A DNA stretch of 61,816 bases, filler included, from Pirum gemmata (lineage: Eukaryota), in assembly GCA_002812295.1 (NCBI GenBank). It is 12 parts of 12 records of this genome, joined end to end, with 100 filler letters (N's around TTAATTAATTAA, not from the genome) between each part and the next. Parts side by side here need not be neighbours in the genome. Positions count along the whole stretch, not along the records: positions 11,201 to 16,169 come from PDIN01000764.1; positions 16,270 to 21,253 come from PDIN01000765.1; positions 21,354 to 26,336 come from PDIN01000766.1; 9 more parts are not named here. One strand, written 5' to 3'. The notes beneath the pieces are model-generated. The model did no database searches. It was not told where the DNA came from and was given only the letters and a program-made list of their open reading frames with translations. Each line of letters begins with the position of its first letter. Position 1 is the stretch's first letter. Both the position numbers and the translations under genes were made by a program. This document shows positions 13,458 through 25,425 of the stretch, one piece after another.

Positions 13458-13853
13458 CAAAATTGTTGTGACCTAAATTTAAAGTTTCTGCTGTTATTTT
13501 GTCTTATTAATAATTAGTTTTTTTTTTTGTTTTTTTTTTTTTTTTTTCTTTTTTTTTGGTCTTTTTTTTTTTTTTTTTTTTATTTTTTTATTTACTATAA
13601 TATTAATGTTTGATATTTTGCATAATAAATAAAAAAAAGAATTTGTAATTTTTGCTTTTGGCTTTAGTAGATTGCCATTTCAATCAATATTATGATTGGG
13701 TTATATAAGTTAATTATTTTAATTAAATTTTTTACATGTTTTTGTTGTTGATAACGTTGCTTTTTGCTTTTTGCTTTTTGTGTGTTGTTGTTGTTGTTGT
13801 TACTCTAGATCTTTACTTGTTTTTGTTGTTGCTGTACATGTTGTTTTTTCTGT

Positions 13854-13884
<31 letters not shown>

Positions 13885-15123
13885 GTTAATTTTAAGTTGT
13901 TGTACGTATTATACAACAACACAACAACAACAACAACAACAACCTAACATAATGTACGTACAACAACATGTTGTTCTTTATCCTCTGTCCTTTGTTTGCC
14001 TATTATTATTATTATTATATTGTTCTATGGTAAGTTTCGAAGATTTTCCAAAAAAAAAAGTATTAATATTAAATAACATTTATTAAAATAGAAAAAAAAA
14101 TATTGACGGTGTTATGGTATTTTAAATTTTATTTATTAAAAAAAAGTGAACATAGTCATAGCTCTATACAAAACTAAAAAAAAAAACTTTACAAAAGTTT
14201 TCACTTCTATATCGTATATACTATAAACGATAGATTTTGGTCAGGTTTATGCCAATACGCAGATACTGACAAGGGTATAAGTATTAACTGCATCATAGCA
14301 AGGTAGGATATACATATATATACATAGCGTGAATCAGTTGAGTTGGATGAGGTTTTGTTAGCAGGAAATGAGGAAAAACATTCGCAATGCAATTCAAGAT
14401 AGAAGATTCAAATTTTCGCTATGTAAATAATTAATAAAATTTTAATCACATGCGAAAAAAATACTTGCAATGAAAAGATTGGTACTTGTCAAAACAAACT
14501 GCCTAAAATACAATTGTGATGACATGCTCATGTTATATTATGATCATTACCAACGTTAACTACAGATACACTTTTTAATTAAAATATAATTATAAGTGGG
14601 CTATATGGTGACATATCTCAACTATTATGGAATGGTTCACAACATCAACATTAATGTTGTCATCATCATCGTCATCATAATTACTATAACCAAATGACAT
14701 ATTATCATCATTATGTAATTATGGTTATTATTATTGTTGTTATCATCATTATTAACGTAACAATTGTTAAGAAGAATAAATGACTTTCCAATCCAATATC
14801 AATAAAGAAGTTCTGTTCATCGAGTTTTACAATGTTCACAAGAGCCGGAAACAGCGGCTGGTGCGGTCGGTGTTATTGGAGCAGCTAAATTCTTCATGGT
14901 AAAACTGTTCCTACTGATACTGGTGTGTGTGAAATGAAGCTCTAGGTTTCGGTAGCAATTTATGGTACTAGCTATAGCTATGTAATTTATATATATACAA
15001 AAGTGCCAGTATTCGCACAATTTGTCACATTTGTCGCAAAAAGTGTCTATATAATATTATCTATATAATATATAATATTTGTAATAAAATTAATTACTGC
15101 GGTCTGCTAGCTTTGTTTTTTCT

Positions 15124-15911
15124 TCAAATAATATTAATTTCTACTACCTCATTATCTGCCAGATACACTTGGTGGTTAATATTATTCTGTTCCTCGATAT
15201 CACGGGACGAAAATCGCGATTCACAAACATTGGGAGTACTACTAAACGTAGCTTTAGTTAAAGTGCTCTTACTGCATTTGCTAAGGTTACTAGTTGTTCT
15301 ACTTGTTCTGCTTGTATATCTATTAAGTTGAGCGTTTGGGAATTGGAAAACTAAATCACTCGGAACAGTGGTTTTATTATTCGTATTATGCTCATTACTA
15401 TTATTTAAATTAGCAGTCTTTTTGATTTTATCACGCTTATATTTACGATACAAAACTCCATAAGCTACACTAATAATACAAAGTAATTCATTAGTTCGCC
15501 ATAAAGATGCTGGTAAGGGAGAAATGGCCCCCGAAGTGAAAACCAAAGCCCACACCGAGTAGTTAATCAAGGCTAACAAAATGATGGAGAGATTTTTCAA
15601 AACTAAGACAAAATCTTTGTTTTTAAAGTATTTGTAATAAAAACCAAACCCCAAACATATGCAAAATAAAGTTAAACAATACAAGATTTCGGCAAATAAC
15701 TGATAGTTATGGTTAATAAAAGCAGTGTAATAATCTCCAATATTTTTAACAGCAAGGGAAATATAAAGAATTGGGCTTATTATACTATAGGCGGCACAGC
15801 AAAAACTTAAATATCCGACAACTGTGTTGGTTTTCAAATTTTGTGTTTTTTTTATCGCGACAAACAATTGGGTTACTGTTAAACTAATAGTCGAAGTAAA
15901 AGCTGATGTAC
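15124..15911 (-). CDS. Multipass membrane protein (possibly GPCR-like), last exon
   Basis: TAG acceptor at 15914-15912; frame open to the stop at 15124; about 5 hydrophobic segments then an S/T/N-rich tail. Family not recognised. Confidence 0.7.
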
Positions 15912-17099
15912 CTAAAGGAATAAGGAAATATGTAAACAGAAAAAAATATATTAATAATAATAATAATAATATATAGTGCTAAAATTATTAACACAAGTAA
16001 TCGTATCGAAATCATAATTAATATTAGTAACCATTAATCATAATATTATCAATTACATCATAATCATAATCATAATCACAATCATAATTTATACAGTCAT
16101 ATTAATCTTAATCTTAATTAAGCAAAATATAAGCATAATAACAATAAAATCCTAATAATAATAATAATANNNNNNNNNNNNNNNNNNNNNNNNNNNNNNN
16201 NNNNNNNNNNNNNTTAATTAATTAANNNNNNNNNNNNNNNNNNNNNNNNNNNNNNNNNNNNNNNNNNNNTTTTTTTTTTTTTTTTTACATACCGCTAGCT
16301 AGTAGTATATCATATTAAAGTATATCATACCGGTAGTCTATAAAGTCCGACTCTATATGATTATATGATTTATATATCTCTATATTATTTCTATTATAAT
16401 ATTATATCATATCATAATAATAAAAAAAAGAAAAACAGCCTCAAGAGTCAAGAGTCCGACTCAAGACTGACTCAACCCGGTTTTTTTTTTTTCGACCTTC
16501 TTTTCGAAAAACATTTAATTCTAACTAGCCAAATTATTTTTTTAAAAACTGAATTGATTCATAATAGAGTTTTAGTAGTTAAAAAATTTCTTAACTTTTG
16601 GTAGTACTTTAATTAAAATTGGAGCATTTTAAGTTTTTTTTTTTTTTTTAGCTCATATTAGTCTATGGGGGATGTTGCAATAATAATTATTTTTATCTGA
16701 CTTGGCTGTAGTAAGTAATTGCTGTACGCCCGCCCGGTAGTCTAATATTTAAAAAAAATTAATAATTTATAATATCCATAATAATAAAAATAATAAAGAA
16801 CCGTATTTTGTCTATTTTGTCACTATTTTGTCCTATATTTTAGTCATATTTTCCACTAGATATTTTCCAACAATTTTACTTTTCATAGTAAAAATAATAA
16901 TAATAATAAACTTATATTATGATATAAACCACGTTTACCATTTTAATTTTTGTTGCTAGAAACTACTTATATATAATAGCTACTTATGATAAACTCTAGA
17001 TTGCTACTAGAGCTACTTAGGCTATTTATAAATCCCAAAAATATCATACTAAAAAGCCACTACTAGCTACTAGTAGCTACTAGTTGGATACTAACCAGC

Positions 17100-17700
17100 T
17101 GATACTAATCCAAAGAAAACCAACAAGACAGTGGACGTCGTCGCGTCGAAAACCCAACCTTTTCAATGTCAATATTGTTCCAAAGAGTTTCCACCAGAAG
17201 TCAAACTATACATCTTTGAACTTTATATATAGACAAATCTGTAAGACTACCCCAGAAAGACTACCCAGTAGACTAGCTAGAATCAGAACACCAAAAAAAT
17301 ATTACTTATAAACCTGAATGTAGACGACAACTCTTTTAACAATATCCACAACAACGACTACAAAGCTATAATTCTAGGAACAAATTTTAGTTTTTAAAAC
17401 CAAATATTTCTATCGATACAACAAAAGAACAATACAATTACTCATCATACTATATTATTATATTTTGGTCTTATCATGAAAAATACAACAAGTCACAACC
17501 AACACAATCAAATCATTAATTTATACCAAAGTATTTATTATGAAACAAATCAACAAATTACAACTTTTAAAATTTAACTATATTATATATTACTGTAACC
17601 TGCTGCTCCATATATAATTGTAACCTGCTGCTCCTCCTTTTTTTATAAAGAAAAACAGGAACTTTTTTCAAAAAATAAAATTTCTCTTAATACTAATAAA
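17100..17700 (+). pseudogene. Decayed ORF with a C2H2 zinc-finger remnant; inverted decayed copy at ~20259-20700 and a fragment at 19121-19230
   Basis: QPFQCQYCSK then a frameshift to KSFHQKSNYTS at ~17155-17215; DNA matches between the three segments. Confidence 0.5.
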
Positions 17701-17875
17701 TAAACAGTTATAATATTGCTGATAATATATCTGACTTTATTAATATTTGATATTATTGTCAATAATACACCATATATATCTAGCATCACATATTATCGAT
17801 AAAGCTATCGATACTCTATCGATATGTATATATTTATTTATAAATTAAAGCATTCTACTTCTAAATATATTAATA

Positions 17876-18072
17876 TCGTCTATTTCATTACAGTTTTCCT
17901 CTCAATCTTTAATTTGGTACTGTTTAAGTGTATAATTGAACTTGTTTATAAAAAACAACATTAAAGCATATAATACCAAATTAATTAAAACATGTCTAAT
18001 AGTTTAACCATAATAATAATTTGGTACGTTTATTTCAGTTTTTGAACTGGACAATACTATTGAAAAACACGG
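17876..18072. mobile_element. MITE family B, full copy (others at ~34395-34510, 41760-41798, 47468-47664, 50795-51017, 57538-57694)
   Basis: TA|TCGTCTATTTCATTACAG...CTATTGAAAAACACG; interior shared between copies. Confidence 0.85.
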
Positions 18073-19372
18073 TGTATCATAATAACCCTAAAGCTTGATG
18101 ATAGCTATCATACTAGAAGTCTACTAGCTAGACCCTAGCAACTAGTTAGTAGAAGTTTAGTAGACTAATATTAATATATAAGTTATTATTGATTATTGCA
18201 CAATAGTAGTCTCTAGCTATATAGCTACCTATCGATAGTTTTTGGACATATCATATCAAATACTTTATGACAGAAGTTACTATGACAAGGTGATAACTAA
18301 TATAACTAATATACATTATAATAATATATCAGGCAATTTTATGATCATACTACTAGTCTATCACTGATATATATTATTGCTAGCTAGAGCTACAACCTCA
18401 GAGCTACAGCCTACACCATACAATTCACCATACAACGATATAGTCTACTTTAGGATAGTCTGTCTATGTAGACTATGTAGACAAAGTATCGATAGGCATT
18501 ATCATAAATCATATCGATAATTGTATACGTAGCTACGAGCTCAGCTAGCTAGACAGCCTAGACTATGATATTTATTATATCGATAATATGGTCAATGGTC
18601 ATAACACTGTCATAAGACTCATAACAGTTGAGAAATCAGATACCACTGGTAGGTAGACCAGACCGTAGACTCATATAGTAGTCTAGCTAGACCTTAGTAT
18701 AGTGTAGAGTCTGTAGACTATACGGTCTATACCTCAGTAGACTATACCGGTATAAGGTTAGGAACTTAGGGTAGCTGTTAGGGTTAGGGTATTAAATGTT
18801 AACCATAAATGTTAGGGTTAGGGTTAGGGTTAGGATTTTCCTAATCTTTTCAAATTCAGACAGTTTCAGACGACAAACCACCACGGTCCACCAGAGTCCA
18901 GAGTCCAGAGTCCAGAGTCCAGACCCGCGGCAAACCAAATTTATAAAAAGTAAACAAACTCGCTAACTCAGTCCCACTATATGAAGAGTTAGTTAGACTA
19001 GAGTTAGCTATTTAATAGTTTACTATCAATAAGCATCGATATAATTATAAGTATATCAATAGTTAGCTAGTATGTATTTTAATTAAAAAAACTGAACGAA
19101 TCAAATTATTAACTTATACCTAATTATTATGAAACAAATCAACAAATTACAACTATGACATATAATTAACTAATAACTGTAACCTATATCTATTGCTCCT
19201 CCTTTTTATTTATATATGATAAAGGATATCGTACGCGGTACGCCATATATGAATAATACAGTATCATATCACTATCATATCATATGAATAATATTTTTTA
19301 AAAATATGATAGCAAGGAGTTCAAGAAATTTTTTTTGAACTCCTGAGTCCTGCCTGTTTAGAGTCATTTTAG

Positions 19373-19428
<56 letters not shown>

Positions 19429-20025
19429 TATAAGTAGGGGGACCCTTTTTTTTTTTTTTTTTTTTTGTTTCAGAAAACAACGCACCATAATCTGTGCACC
19501 ATAGTCTACGTTATCTAGCTAGGCAGTAGCTACTACTACTAGCTAGTAGCTAGACCCGGGCTGTTACTTACTATCAGGATACCGATTCTACTATTAATTA
19601 AACCAGGGGCAAAAAGCTATGATATCGATAGCTGATACTAGCTAGCCTAAGTCTAGCTAGCTAGTAGCCACTGTAGCCTAGCTAGCTAGTCTACTATCGA
19701 CAGCTAGCTAGGCTGAGCTAGCTATTAAAGGGTTGCTAGCTAGCTACAGCTGGCTAGCTAGCTATGATAAGTTCTATGATAATTATGATAACTATTCCTA
19801 ATACCCCGTGGACTCTCCCAACATTTTTATAACGATTTTGAAAACACTACCAGTACACTACCAGTACTCTACTAGCTACTAGTATAATACTAGTATGAAC
19901 TGTATGATAGATTACTACTGAGGGGCTGAGGGAGGGCTACTACACTGCTACTACTACTACTAGCTAGTAGTGACTATCAACTGATACTAGTAGCTAGCTA
20001 GTGAGGGACCGGCGTACTCTACCTA

Positions 20026-20210
20026 TTGTGCTTTTCATTTATTTTGTCACTCTGAATATTTATTTGGCTGTTTATAATATTTAAATTGATACTTTTAAAT
20101 AAATAAATATATAATAATATATACCAAATTAAATTAAATGGATTTATATTGTATTAATTTGGTATTATTTATTGTATATGTTATGACGACAAAATAACTC
20201 AAAAGCACGA
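20026..20210. mobile_element. MITE family A, full copy
   Basis: TA|TTGTGCTTTTCA...AAAAGCACGA|TA. Confidence 0.9.
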
Positions 20211-21354
20211 TAGCTAGTGGCTATCATGATTAGTAGCTATCATAGTATACGTACGTAGGTAATTTGTTGATTTGTTTCATAATATACTTTGGTATGATAT
20301 ATCATAAGTTTTAATGATTTGATTTTCAGTTGGTTGTGACTTGTTGTAATCTACTTTTCATAATAAGACCATAATATATAGGTCTATGATGAGTAATAAA
20401 TGTATTTTTCTTTTGTTGTAGAAATATTATTATTTATTATTATTATTATTATTATTATTTTTTATGAATATGACAGAACGTTATAACTTATAACACTATT
20501 TTTAACGGTATGATATATAAATAAATAAATAAATAAAAAACTTTGTTCCTAGAGCTGTTCCTAGTAGAATTGTAGCGTTGTAGTCGTTGTTGCTACGCTA
20601 GCTAGTAGTCTATAGGTCGTTCGTTGTTGTGTATATTGTTGGAGTTGTGGTCTATATTCGGGTTTACATGTATCCCGATAATATTTTTTTGATGTAGTCT
20701 GGTCAATGTAAGCAGTAGTACTAAGGTTAGCCATTGTAATTAAGTGTAGAGTTAGAGCTAGCTAACTAATACTAAAGTCTAGCTAGTAGCTAGTAGGAAT
20801 ATACAATATTACTGTATCATATTACACTTGTATTACGCTATGATAATTATGATATCGATATCATTAATTAATAGTTGCTGATATAGAAGTAGGTATTGGA
20901 CGATAGTGCAGTGCACTGGTAGTGCTCAGTCTTAGTGCTCTTCAATGGAAGTTGGAACTTGGAAGTTGGGATTGCTTCTTTTAAAAATAGCCTTCTTAGT
21001 AATTGCTTCAATCCCTGGCTTCAATCTACAAATAGACCTCCAATACCACAAAACTACGTTTATTTTTATGGTTGGTTACAACTTGCTAATAACTTTTGAA
21101 ATAAAAGACAACTATAAGAAACCAATTTTTTTTTTATCATAATATTTATTTTAACCATAGCCTAAAATGACGTAGGCAAATTTCCTAATATGGTAGTGAA
21201 AAAAATTTAATGAGTCAAAATGACTCATTAAATTTTTTTTTTACCCCCCTGTCNNNNNNNNNNNNNNNNNNNNNNNNNNNNNNNNNNNNNNNNNNNNTTA
21301 ATTAATTAANNNNNNNNNNNNNNNNNNNNNNNNNNNNNNNNNNNNNNNNNNNNT

Positions 21355-22497
21355 TATGAAAAATGTACACAAGGACAATGTTATTGTAAGTTTAATTTTA
21401 CGTACCACAAAAATGTTTCAAGTGGTGAAATTAATAATAATGACGGAAAATCTATATGCAAGTTATTTTTTATATTAAGAAAACTTAATATGATTAAAAA
21501 CGATTGTGGACAAGATGATGCAAATCCAAATTTACATATTGGAAATTTGGAAGTATGCAAAGTACATTATAATCACGATAGATGTGTGGAAAGAAAATGT
21601 TATTGTGGTTTTAATCCTCAAAGACATTATGAAAAATGTACACAAGGACAATGTTATTGTAAGTTTAATTTTACGTACCACAAAAATGTTTCAGAGAAAA
21701 ATACTGAGGGTTCTTGTTGCTTAGAGATAGTAGAAGGAGTAGAAAAATACAATTATTATAATCATTGTATTAATAAATGTTTTCTTTATGTAATGAAATA
21801 TTATAAAAGTAAAGTTGAAATTATAAATAATTTTTTAGATAAAAATTATGACGAATTGATTTGTCATAATTTTAAAAACGATGATATTAAATTTCAAAAT
21901 TCTATTAAGATTATAGTTTATTATGAATGGCAAAAATATAAGGATATATTTATTAAAGATGCATGGGAAATATATAATGTCCAGAATGATATTGAGAATT
22001 TTACCTTTAACTATGATGAAAATGGTAATCTTGACCCTAAGGCAATGGGTTACAAAACACATTGTAATACTGCTTTTAGTGTTTTCATGAAGTGTAAAGC
22101 AGCAAATAGACAAACTAGTCATTATATAAAAGTATATAATAATATTGCTTTAACACATGATTTTTATATTGCTTATCCAAATGCAATTAAAATTAACATC
22201 CCTATGAGTTTAAGTTTTCAAAATTTCGACATATTTTCTTCAAAGAATGCTAAAACTATAAGTAATGAAGATAGGATTTTCATATTGAAATTTTTAAAGG
22301 ATGCTACTATGATATATGCTCCGATCGAAGAATTAAGATTTAAAATTCATGATTGTGTACAATGCAATCATGTTGAAAGTGAAACTAGTGAAGCTAGTTT
22401 CAAGACAACTATTAATGAAATGTTAACACACATTCCAGCTGCTAAACGTAAAAAGTACATTAAGGAAACTAAACAATTTATCGAGAAGAATAAGTAA
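21355..22497 (+). CDS. Orphan protein with repeated Cys/His modules, 5'-truncated by the contig edge; probable viral gene
   Basis: Frame is open for 45 codons upstream of the ATG at 21490, up to the gap. YEKCTQGQCYCKFNFTYHKNVS occurs twice; RCVERKCYCGFNPQRH is a related unit. Intronless. Confidence 0.75.
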   Translation, partial: YEKCTQGQCYCKFNFTYHKNVSSGEINNNDGKSICKLFFILRKLNMIKNDCGQDDANPNLHIGNLEVCKVHYNHDRCVERKCYCGFNPQRHYEKCTQGQCYCKFNFTYHKNVSEKNTEGSCCLEIVEGVEKYNYYNHCINKCFLYVMKYYKSKVEIINNFLDKNYDELICHNFKNDDIKFQNSIKIIVYYEWQKYKDIFIKDAWEIYNVQNDIENFTFNYDENGNLDPKAMGYKTHCNTAFSVFMKCKAANRQTSHYIKVYNNIALTHDFYIAYPNAIKINIPMSLSFQNFDIFSSKNAKTISNEDRIFILKFLKDATMIYAPIEELRFKIHDCVQCNHVESETSEASFKTTINEMLTHIPAAKRKKYIKETKQFIEKNK

Positions 22498-22672
22498 TAA
22501 AGGGTTAGGGTCCATAAAAATGTTTACAATAAATAAACATTTTTATGGTTTTTTCTTTTTTTTTTTGTGAGCCCAAGGCTGTCAAATATGTATATAACAA
22601 GTAAATTTTTGGTAAATAAAAATAAATAAATAAATAAAAATAAATAAATAAAAATAAATAAATAAAATAAAA

Positions 22673-23911
22673 ATGAATATACCTTTTCATAGTTTCAAAA
22701 AACTAACTATCGTTGATAACAATAATAATCAATATGAAATATTTTGTAAAGATTTAGGTTTGGTACCTAACCCTGACCCTGTTACTGATACTGACCCTGT
22801 TACTGTTACTGATACTGACCCTGTTACTGCTGATGATACTGCTGATGATACTGCTGATGATACTGCTGATGATACTGATACTGCTGATACTGCTGATACT
22901 GCTGTTGATGCTGATGATGATACTGCTACCGCTGATAAATTATTCATAACATGTATGAAGGAAGTTGGTGAAACAACCAAAACATTCATCAAGGGAGTTT
23001 CATTTACTAGGAATAATAAACAAGTAGTTTATTACATTAGTAACTGCAAAAGAGCTTTGCGTCCTATTTTCGCTAAAGTTTTCCCAACCCTTATGTTGAG
23101 CAATAAGGGTACCAACTTGCAATGGTCCGCTTTAAAACTTCAAGATGTAATCTTGAATCTTAAAGCTATTATTTCTTTGAGAACTACATTAGACATTAGA
23201 GAGTATGCAAATGGTATTCGCAAACTTTTTAAAATACTAAAATTCTATAGTATTGAAGACGATGAACTCGCAAAAGATTATTCTTTATTCCAGCAAGTAA
23301 GCGATACAACATTCCCTTATCAGATCAAACCAAAACCGCATAATAATAATAAGGTTTGGGAACCCTTGTTATCAGAGGGTTTGAAATGTTATGGATATTA
23401 TGCTCATAAATTTTTTAATATTGCCCATGAGGATATGGATATTATAAATAGTGGTCTAAATATGAAAATTAAAACTCTTGGTTACTTGTTATTTAATTCC
23501 CAGTTTATTGTATATAGGAACAACGATTATTTTAATACTCCTATTAAATTAATTAAAAATGAAAAAGGTTATTACGTGTGGGAAACTACTTTATCAAAAA
23601 GTAGAGATGATGAAAAGATTGTGAGATTAGAAACTTATTTCGATGGCAAGGATGATGTTATCAATACTAGTTTTTCCTTAGAAGATTTTCATGAGCTTAA
23701 ACTAGCACTAGGTATGCCTCTTCTCTTAGATCTGGAAACACATCTTCGCAAACTTGCTATTAATCACACTAGAGTAATCTTTAAAAATGATAATATTTAT
23801 AGTCACATGGTAAGAGCTGAAACTTTTGCTCATAGCTACAAAACTGAAAACGAAAACTATGTATTTGAAAATCTTATGTCTTTATGCGAAAATAGCAATA
23901 TTACACATTAA
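22673..23911 (+). CDS. Putative tyrosine recombinase/integrase of PLV/virophage type
   Basis: Catalytic-type residues in the expected order near the C-terminus: VYRNNDY (R), SKSR (K), THLRK (H-x-R), FAHSYKTENENY (H...Y). Confidence 0.7.
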   Translation: MNIPFHSFKKLTIVDNNNNQYEIFCKDLGLVPNPDPVTDTDPVTVTDTDPVTADDTADDTADDTADDTDTADTADTAVDADDDTATADKLFITCMKEVGETTKTFIKGVSFTRNNKQVVYYISNCKRALRPIFAKVFPTLMLSNKGTNLQWSALKLQDVILNLKAIISLRTTLDIREYANGIRKLFKILKFYSIEDDELAKDYSLFQQVSDTTFPYQIKPKPHNNNKVWEPLLSEGLKCYGYYAHKFFNIAHEDMDIINSGLNMKIKTLGYLLFNSQFIVYRNNDYFNTPIKLIKNEKGYYVWETTLSKSRDDEKIVRLETYFDGKDDVINTSFSLEDFHELKLALGMPLLLDLETHLRKLAINHTRVIFKNDNIYSHMVRAETFAHSYKTENENYVFENLMSLCENSNITH

Positions 23912-24140
23912 TTGTGTTTTTAACTATGAAGATGGTCAATATATCAATGAAAAAAGGGCAAGTTTAAAACTTACCCTTTCGAAACCTTGTGTTGTAATAA
24001 ATATTTTCTTTTTTCTTTTTTCTTTTTTCTTTTTTCTTTTTTCTTTTTTTTTTTGTAATTATTTTAGTATAAAAGACCCCTGTTACAGCCTCAAAATAAA
24101 AAAAAATCATAATAATAAAATATAAAATAAAAAATTCACA

Positions 24141-25046
24141 ATGTCTATGCAACAATTTATATTCCAAGGACAAGCTACTAACATTGAAACTCATGTTCAT
24201 GACGGTCTTTTGTATTATCAGGCAGCTGATGTCGGTCGTGCCTTAAATTGTGACAAAGATAATAGGAAGAAATACGTCAGAGAATTGCCTGAAAAGTATA
24301 AGAAATTGGGGGGGGTTATTTTTACCCCCCCTACAAATGAGCAATCTGGATGGTGGATTACTGAGTCAGGAGCTCTTTTCTTAGCACTTAGAGTGCATAA
24401 TGAGGTAACTATTCCATTTAAAGAGTGGTTGGCTGAAGTTGTTATCCCCTCTCATGTTAATCAGACATCCTCTTCAAATGCTCCTCCTCAGCCCTCTATC
24501 AGTGTAGAAGACCAACGTAAAATGGTAGTGAGCAACGCTGAGGCTGAGATTAACATCTACAAACTTTGCGGAACTTGGGATGATCCTAAGAAATTTATGG
24601 TCTCTGATTACACTGTTAATCGCTTGGCTCAGTTATCTTTGAATGCTGGCCCGTCTGAGGTAGCTGGCCCGTCACAACCTGAGGTAGCTGGCCCGTCACA
24701 CCCAGCACAACCAGCTATCCAAACTACTGTTTTAAGAACCTTATCCATGTATATTGACGATAATGAATTCTCAGATAATTTTGCTTGCTCATCTGATAAG
24801 GGTAAGTTAAAGAAAAAACTTGGCGGTAACGGCGGTTTTGGTACTAAGGTTAAAGCTAAGTATATCTCCAGAAATGGTAAGGATCCTTATACCCAAAGTC
24901 AATCAGTCCATAGTCGAAATGCTAAAGTCTGTGCCTACACCGACTCTGATTATGATGAATGGATTCATGATTATGTTTTGCAGTTATTTTTTCGTAATTA
25001 CCCTGAGGAGAAGAATATCAACAAAATTAATAATTATTTTAAATAA
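24141..25046 (+). CDS. Bro-N domain protein with a second C-terminal domain
   Basis: YYQAADVGRALN...WITESGALFLALR...PFKEWLAEVVIPS matches the Bro-N consensus (F.A.DV..AL...I.ESG.Y.L...F..W...V.PS). Confidence 0.88.
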   Translation: MSMQQFIFQGQATNIETHVHDGLLYYQAADVGRALNCDKDNRKKYVRELPEKYKKLGGVIFTPPTNEQSGWWITESGALFLALRVHNEVTIPFKEWLAEVVIPSHVNQTSSSNAPPQPSISVEDQRKMVVSNAEAEINIYKLCGTWDDPKKFMVSDYTVNRLAQLSLNAGPSEVAGPSQPEVAGPSHPAQPAIQTTVLRTLSMYIDDNEFSDNFACSSDKGKLKKKLGGNGGFGTKVKAKYISRNGKDPYTQSQSVHSRNAKVCAYTDSDYDEWIHDYVLQLFFRNYPEEKNINKINNYFK

Positions 25047-25202
25047 AATAATTAATTTTGTTGGTACTCTTACCAGTTTGTCTTTCTAAATATACCTAGC
25101 TAGCAAGGTGTGTAGCTAGCTTAAATGTATGGGTAGCTAGCAAGTAGCTCGCGCATTTTTGTTATTTAAATAAAATCTAATAATTAAAATCTAATAAATT
25201 TT

Positions 25203-25262
<60 letters not shown>

Positions 25263-25425
25263 TGATTTTTTTAGTATATAAAGAGTAGAGTATTCAACAA
25301 AAAATCAAAAAAAATATAAAATAAATAAATAAATATTTAATAAATAAATAAATAATAAAAACTGCAAAAAAAAAAATAATTATTATAATAAAAACTGCAA
25401 AATAATAATAATAATAATAATAAAA

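Noticed and set aside
13950..15020. Possible small exons between the UBL and membrane-protein genes
   Set aside because: Some splice-like sites, but I could not build a phase-consistent model or recognise a protein.
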